Positions 60,999 through 64,000 of a DNA stretch of 64,000 nt are shown here, piece after piece. The stretch is from NCBI GenBank assembly GCA_030428785.1, contig JAUIEF010000006.1, forward strand, positions 7,832-71,831, given 5' to 3'. The notes beneath the pieces were generated by a model. That model was not told the origin of the DNA, did no database searches, and saw only the letters and a list, made by a program, of their open reading frames with translations. Source of the DNA: a bacterium. Lineage in GTDB: Bacteria; Planctomycetota; B15-G4. Every line of letters starts with the position of its first letter. Position 1 is the stretch's first letter. Position numbers and translations under genes: made by a program.

Positions 60999-62839
60999 AG
61001 GGCTTCCTCGTGATGCAGGGGGTGGTCGTTCGGTCGATCGGGAGCGGGGTCGTCGGGGGCCGCTCCCTCGGGGTCGGGGTTCCGGGCGCCGCGTCGCTTG
61101 GCCGCGTCGCGCTCCTTGAGGCTGGCTTCGATGGCCCGCAGGGCGGGCTCGTCGTCGTGGATGTCGGGTCGGTTCCGCGCGGCGAGTCGCACCTGCTTCG
61201 CGTGCTCCTCCTCCGCGACGCCCTCCAGGTAGGAGAGCGCCGTCTCATAGCCCGGCAGGACACTGTCCGGGCCGGAGAACAGGGCCCGGTCGAGGGTGAC
61301 CGCGAGCCGCTCGTCCTGCTCGCGGGTCGCGTCCAGCCAGTCCATGGGGTCGACGAGGCCGGCTTCGAGCCCCGGACCGAGGCCCCGGGCGACCTCGAGC
61401 AGGCGCTGCGCGTGCGGGTGCGAGAGGACGCCGGCCCGGTCCAGGCGCTCGACGTCCGCGGCGGCCCGGTCGTGCGTCGTGAGGCCCACGAGCAGCGCGA
61501 ACTGGCTGCTGATCCGGGCGGAGACGCGCCCGGCGCGCGGCGGGTGCCGGACCGGCGTGCCGCCCGTGGGGCTCGCCGGCGTCACGTGCCGGCGGAGCAC
61601 GTTGCGGTTCACGTGGCAGGCCCGCGCGATCTCCCCGGCGACCGTCTCGCGCCGCACCGGATCGATGAGCGAGCGACAGGCCTCGAGCACCTCGTGGGCG
61701 ACGGCCTCCCGCCAGCCCGGCTGGTTCCGGTCGGCGCGGTCGATCGCGCGCCGGCAGAGGAACGCGACGGTGCTCAGCCCCTGCTTCGCGAGGAGCGCCT
61801 CGAAGGCCTCCGCGTCGTGCTCGCGGAACCAGTCGCCCGGGTCGCTGCCGTCCGGCAGGCAGAGCACGCGGACCTCCATGCCCTCCTCGAGAGTGAGGTG
61901 GACGGCGCGCTCGGCCGCGGTGAGCCCGGCCTCGTCGCCGTCGAACACGAAGATGAGGTTGGACGCCCGGCCCTTGAGCAGGCGCACGTGGTCCTTGGTG
62001 AGGCTCGTGCCCATGGTGGCGACGGCCTCGAGGACGCCGCGCTGGTGCGCCATGAGCACGTCCGTGTAGCCCTCCATGACGACGAGGCGTCGCGACCGCG
62101 ACACCGCGCGCGACGCCTTGTCGAGCGCGTAGAGCAGGCGTCGCTTGTTGAAGGCCGAGGTCTCGCGGGTGTTGACGTACTTGGGCTTCCCGTCCGGGTC
62201 GAGCGTGCGCGCGCCGAAGCCGACGAGCCCGCCGTTGGCGTCCCGGATGCCGAACGACAGGCGCCCGGCGAAGGCGTGCGTGAAGCCCGCGCGGTCGATG
62301 GCCGCGTTCGCGAGGCCGCCCTCGCGCAGGCGACGCAGGAAGTCGTCGGGGACGAGCCCGACGTCGTGCTCGGCGGCGGTCTTGCCCTCGAACCCGCGGG
62401 ACTTCAGGTAGTCGACGGCGCGCGCGCCCGCCGGGGTCCGGAGCGCCTGCGCGAAGAGCTGTCCGGCGCGCTCGAGCACGCGACGCAGGTCGCGGACCTC
62501 CGCCTGGCGCCGCTTGTCCTCGGGGCTCAGCGAGCCCAGCGTGACGCCGGCGCGCTCGGCGAGCATCTCGAGCGCCTCGCGGAATCCCACGCCGCGGATC
62601 TCCTGGACGAACCGGAACACGTCGCCGGAGGCACCGCACCCGAAGCACTTGTAGACGCCCTGCGAGACGCGCACGTGGAACGACGGCGTGTCCTCGCTGT
62701 GGAACGGGCAGCAGGCCCAGAGGTCTCCGGGGCCGCGCGGCTCCCACTCGCAGCCGGCGAGCTCGCGCGCCACCTCGTCGATGCGGCTGCGGCTCCTCAC
62801 GAGCTGCTTCTCGGCCTGGCGATCCGGGTCGACGGTCAT
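60995..62839 (-). CDS. dnaG: DNA primase
   Basis: [40 protein letters not shown] and FDGDEAG, DPGD. Confidence 0.96.
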
Positions 62840-63334
62840 CGGACCCCTCCCGCGGAGCCGCGCGCGTCCGACGGACGCGCCGCGGCCGGGCGCCCGCTCC
62901 CGGACGCCGATGCGCGACAGAATTCCTGGACCCTGGGACTCACCCCGACCGCCGTTCCTCTCGTCGATCCACTCGACAATTTCGACCGTTGCTCTCGACC
63001 CGCGTCGACACACGTCGACCCGGGTTGTCACGCGCCGTCCGCTCCACCGACGGTCCGCGTGCCGTTCGTGCCGCTCGACTCGACGGAACTCCGCCGCGGC
63101 AAGACGGAGGGATCCGGAGGAGGTCGCCGTCCGACCCGCTCCCGGATCCGACGGAAGGTCCGTCCGGTCCCGGGACGCAAGGCGCAACGTGCGACGACGA
63201 CGACTCGACGTCCTGGCGGCGGGTGCCTCGCCCGGTCCGGCGTCCCCGAGGGGACGGGACTCGACTCCTGACTCTTCTACGCTGGTGCGCCCCGCCGGCC
63301 CGGAACACAACCCGGCCAGCGTGACGACGGGGGA

Positions 63335-63362
63335 AGACTATCCTCGACCAGCGGGAAGGCAA
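63335..63362 (-). promoter_or_regulatory. Putative promoter TTGCCT-N16-TAGTCT facing dnaG
   Basis: Read on the minus strand, about 490 nt upstream of dnaG. Confidence 0.35.
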
Positions 63363-63508
63363 ATCAGCGGGGGGCGACTCCGGGCCAGAGCGTGCGAGGC
63401 GTCGGCATCTCCGCGACCTCTGCTCCTGCTCCTCGTCCAGCGTCCTGCGGCTCGTTCGATCTGTCGATCGGTGAGGCCCTCGTGGGCACTCGGGCCGGTT
63501 GGTCCGGC

Positions 63509-64000
63509 CTAGGGACGAAGTCGCTCGTCCGGCGCGTAGTCTGCCCAGGTCCGGGCAAGAGCGTGCAATTGTAACGGCTCGAAGGTCTCCGCGCGTTTTT
63601 TTTGCTCATTTTCCTGGAGTTCCAGCACGGACTGCACCTCCCCGGCCGACCGGCCGCTCGCCTCGGCCACGGAGTTGAGCAGGGTCTTCCGTCGCGCGTG
63701 GAAGGCGAGGCCGAGGAAGGTCTCGAGCTCCCGGACCTCGGCGCTCGCCGGTCGACCGGGCCGCCGATCGAGCCGCAGGACGGCGGACTGGACCTTCGGG
63801 ACGGGCCAGAAGGCCCTCGCGGGGACCCGGCGGAGGGTGCGGGCACGGCTCGTGACCGCGGCGAGCACGGCCAGGGGGCCGTAGTCGCGGCCGCCCGGCG
63901 CCGCGGTGAGCCGATCCGCGAACTCCTTCTGGATCATGACCACCTGCCGCTCGGGCGCGGCCTCCTCGCTCATGAGGCACGCGAGCAACGGGGCCGCGAC
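63509..64000 (-). CDS. rsmA: 16S rRNA dimethyladenosine transferase, 3' part (5' end outside the window)
   Basis: VMIQKEFADRL, DYGPLAV, FWPVPKVQSAV, FHARRKTLLN, RAET. Confidence 0.92.
   Translation of the reverse strand, partial: VAAPLLACLMSEEAAPERQVVMIQKEFADRLTAAPGGRDYGPLAVLAAVTSRARTLRRVPARAFWPVPKVQSAVLRLDRRPGRPASAEVRELETFLGLAFHARRKTLLNSVAEASGRSAGEVQSVLELQENEQKKRAETFEPLQLHALARTWADYAPDERLRP

Noticed and set aside
62840-63310. 156-aa N-terminal extension of DnaG
   Set aside because: Not protein-like; a good SD (GGGAGGGG) precedes ATG 62839, where primase-like sequence begins.

Overview
Very GC-rich chromosomal segment, most consistent with a Planctomycetota genome. That placement is inferred from a HEAT+vWA protein, a TPR-sulfatase, the dnaG-rpoD-zinc-ribbon gene order and the style of the secreted proteins. 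About 42 CDS plus tRNA-Pro(CGG). Housekeeping genes: polA, gatCAB, guaBA, selB, rpoD, dnaG, partial rsmA, an RsmF-like methyltransferase and a dihydroorotase. Other content: an imuA-imuB-dnaE2 mutasome cassette, an amgK/murU-like pair, a PP2C phosphatase divergent from a STAS-PilZ gene, transporters and several secreted/surface proteins. No CRISPR array, integrase or transposase was seen. Most notable observations: (1) two CTAG-bounded 166-182 bp palindromic elements whose stems differ in sequence but whose internal loops are conserved and whose mismatches are G-T wobbles on one strand; (2) a 664-aa protein with a putative dUTPase/dCTP-deaminase-like domain fused to a LOG nucleosidase domain; (3) a ~120-aa module that is C-terminal in two tandem secreted paralogs and apparently N-terminal in a ~1670-aa surface protein, with a hairpin-rich leader upstream of the paralogs; (4) recurring leaderless-type promoters and two probable CTG starts; (5) two frameshifting deletions that may be assembly artefacts. 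All calls were made by eye from motifs; no searches were run.
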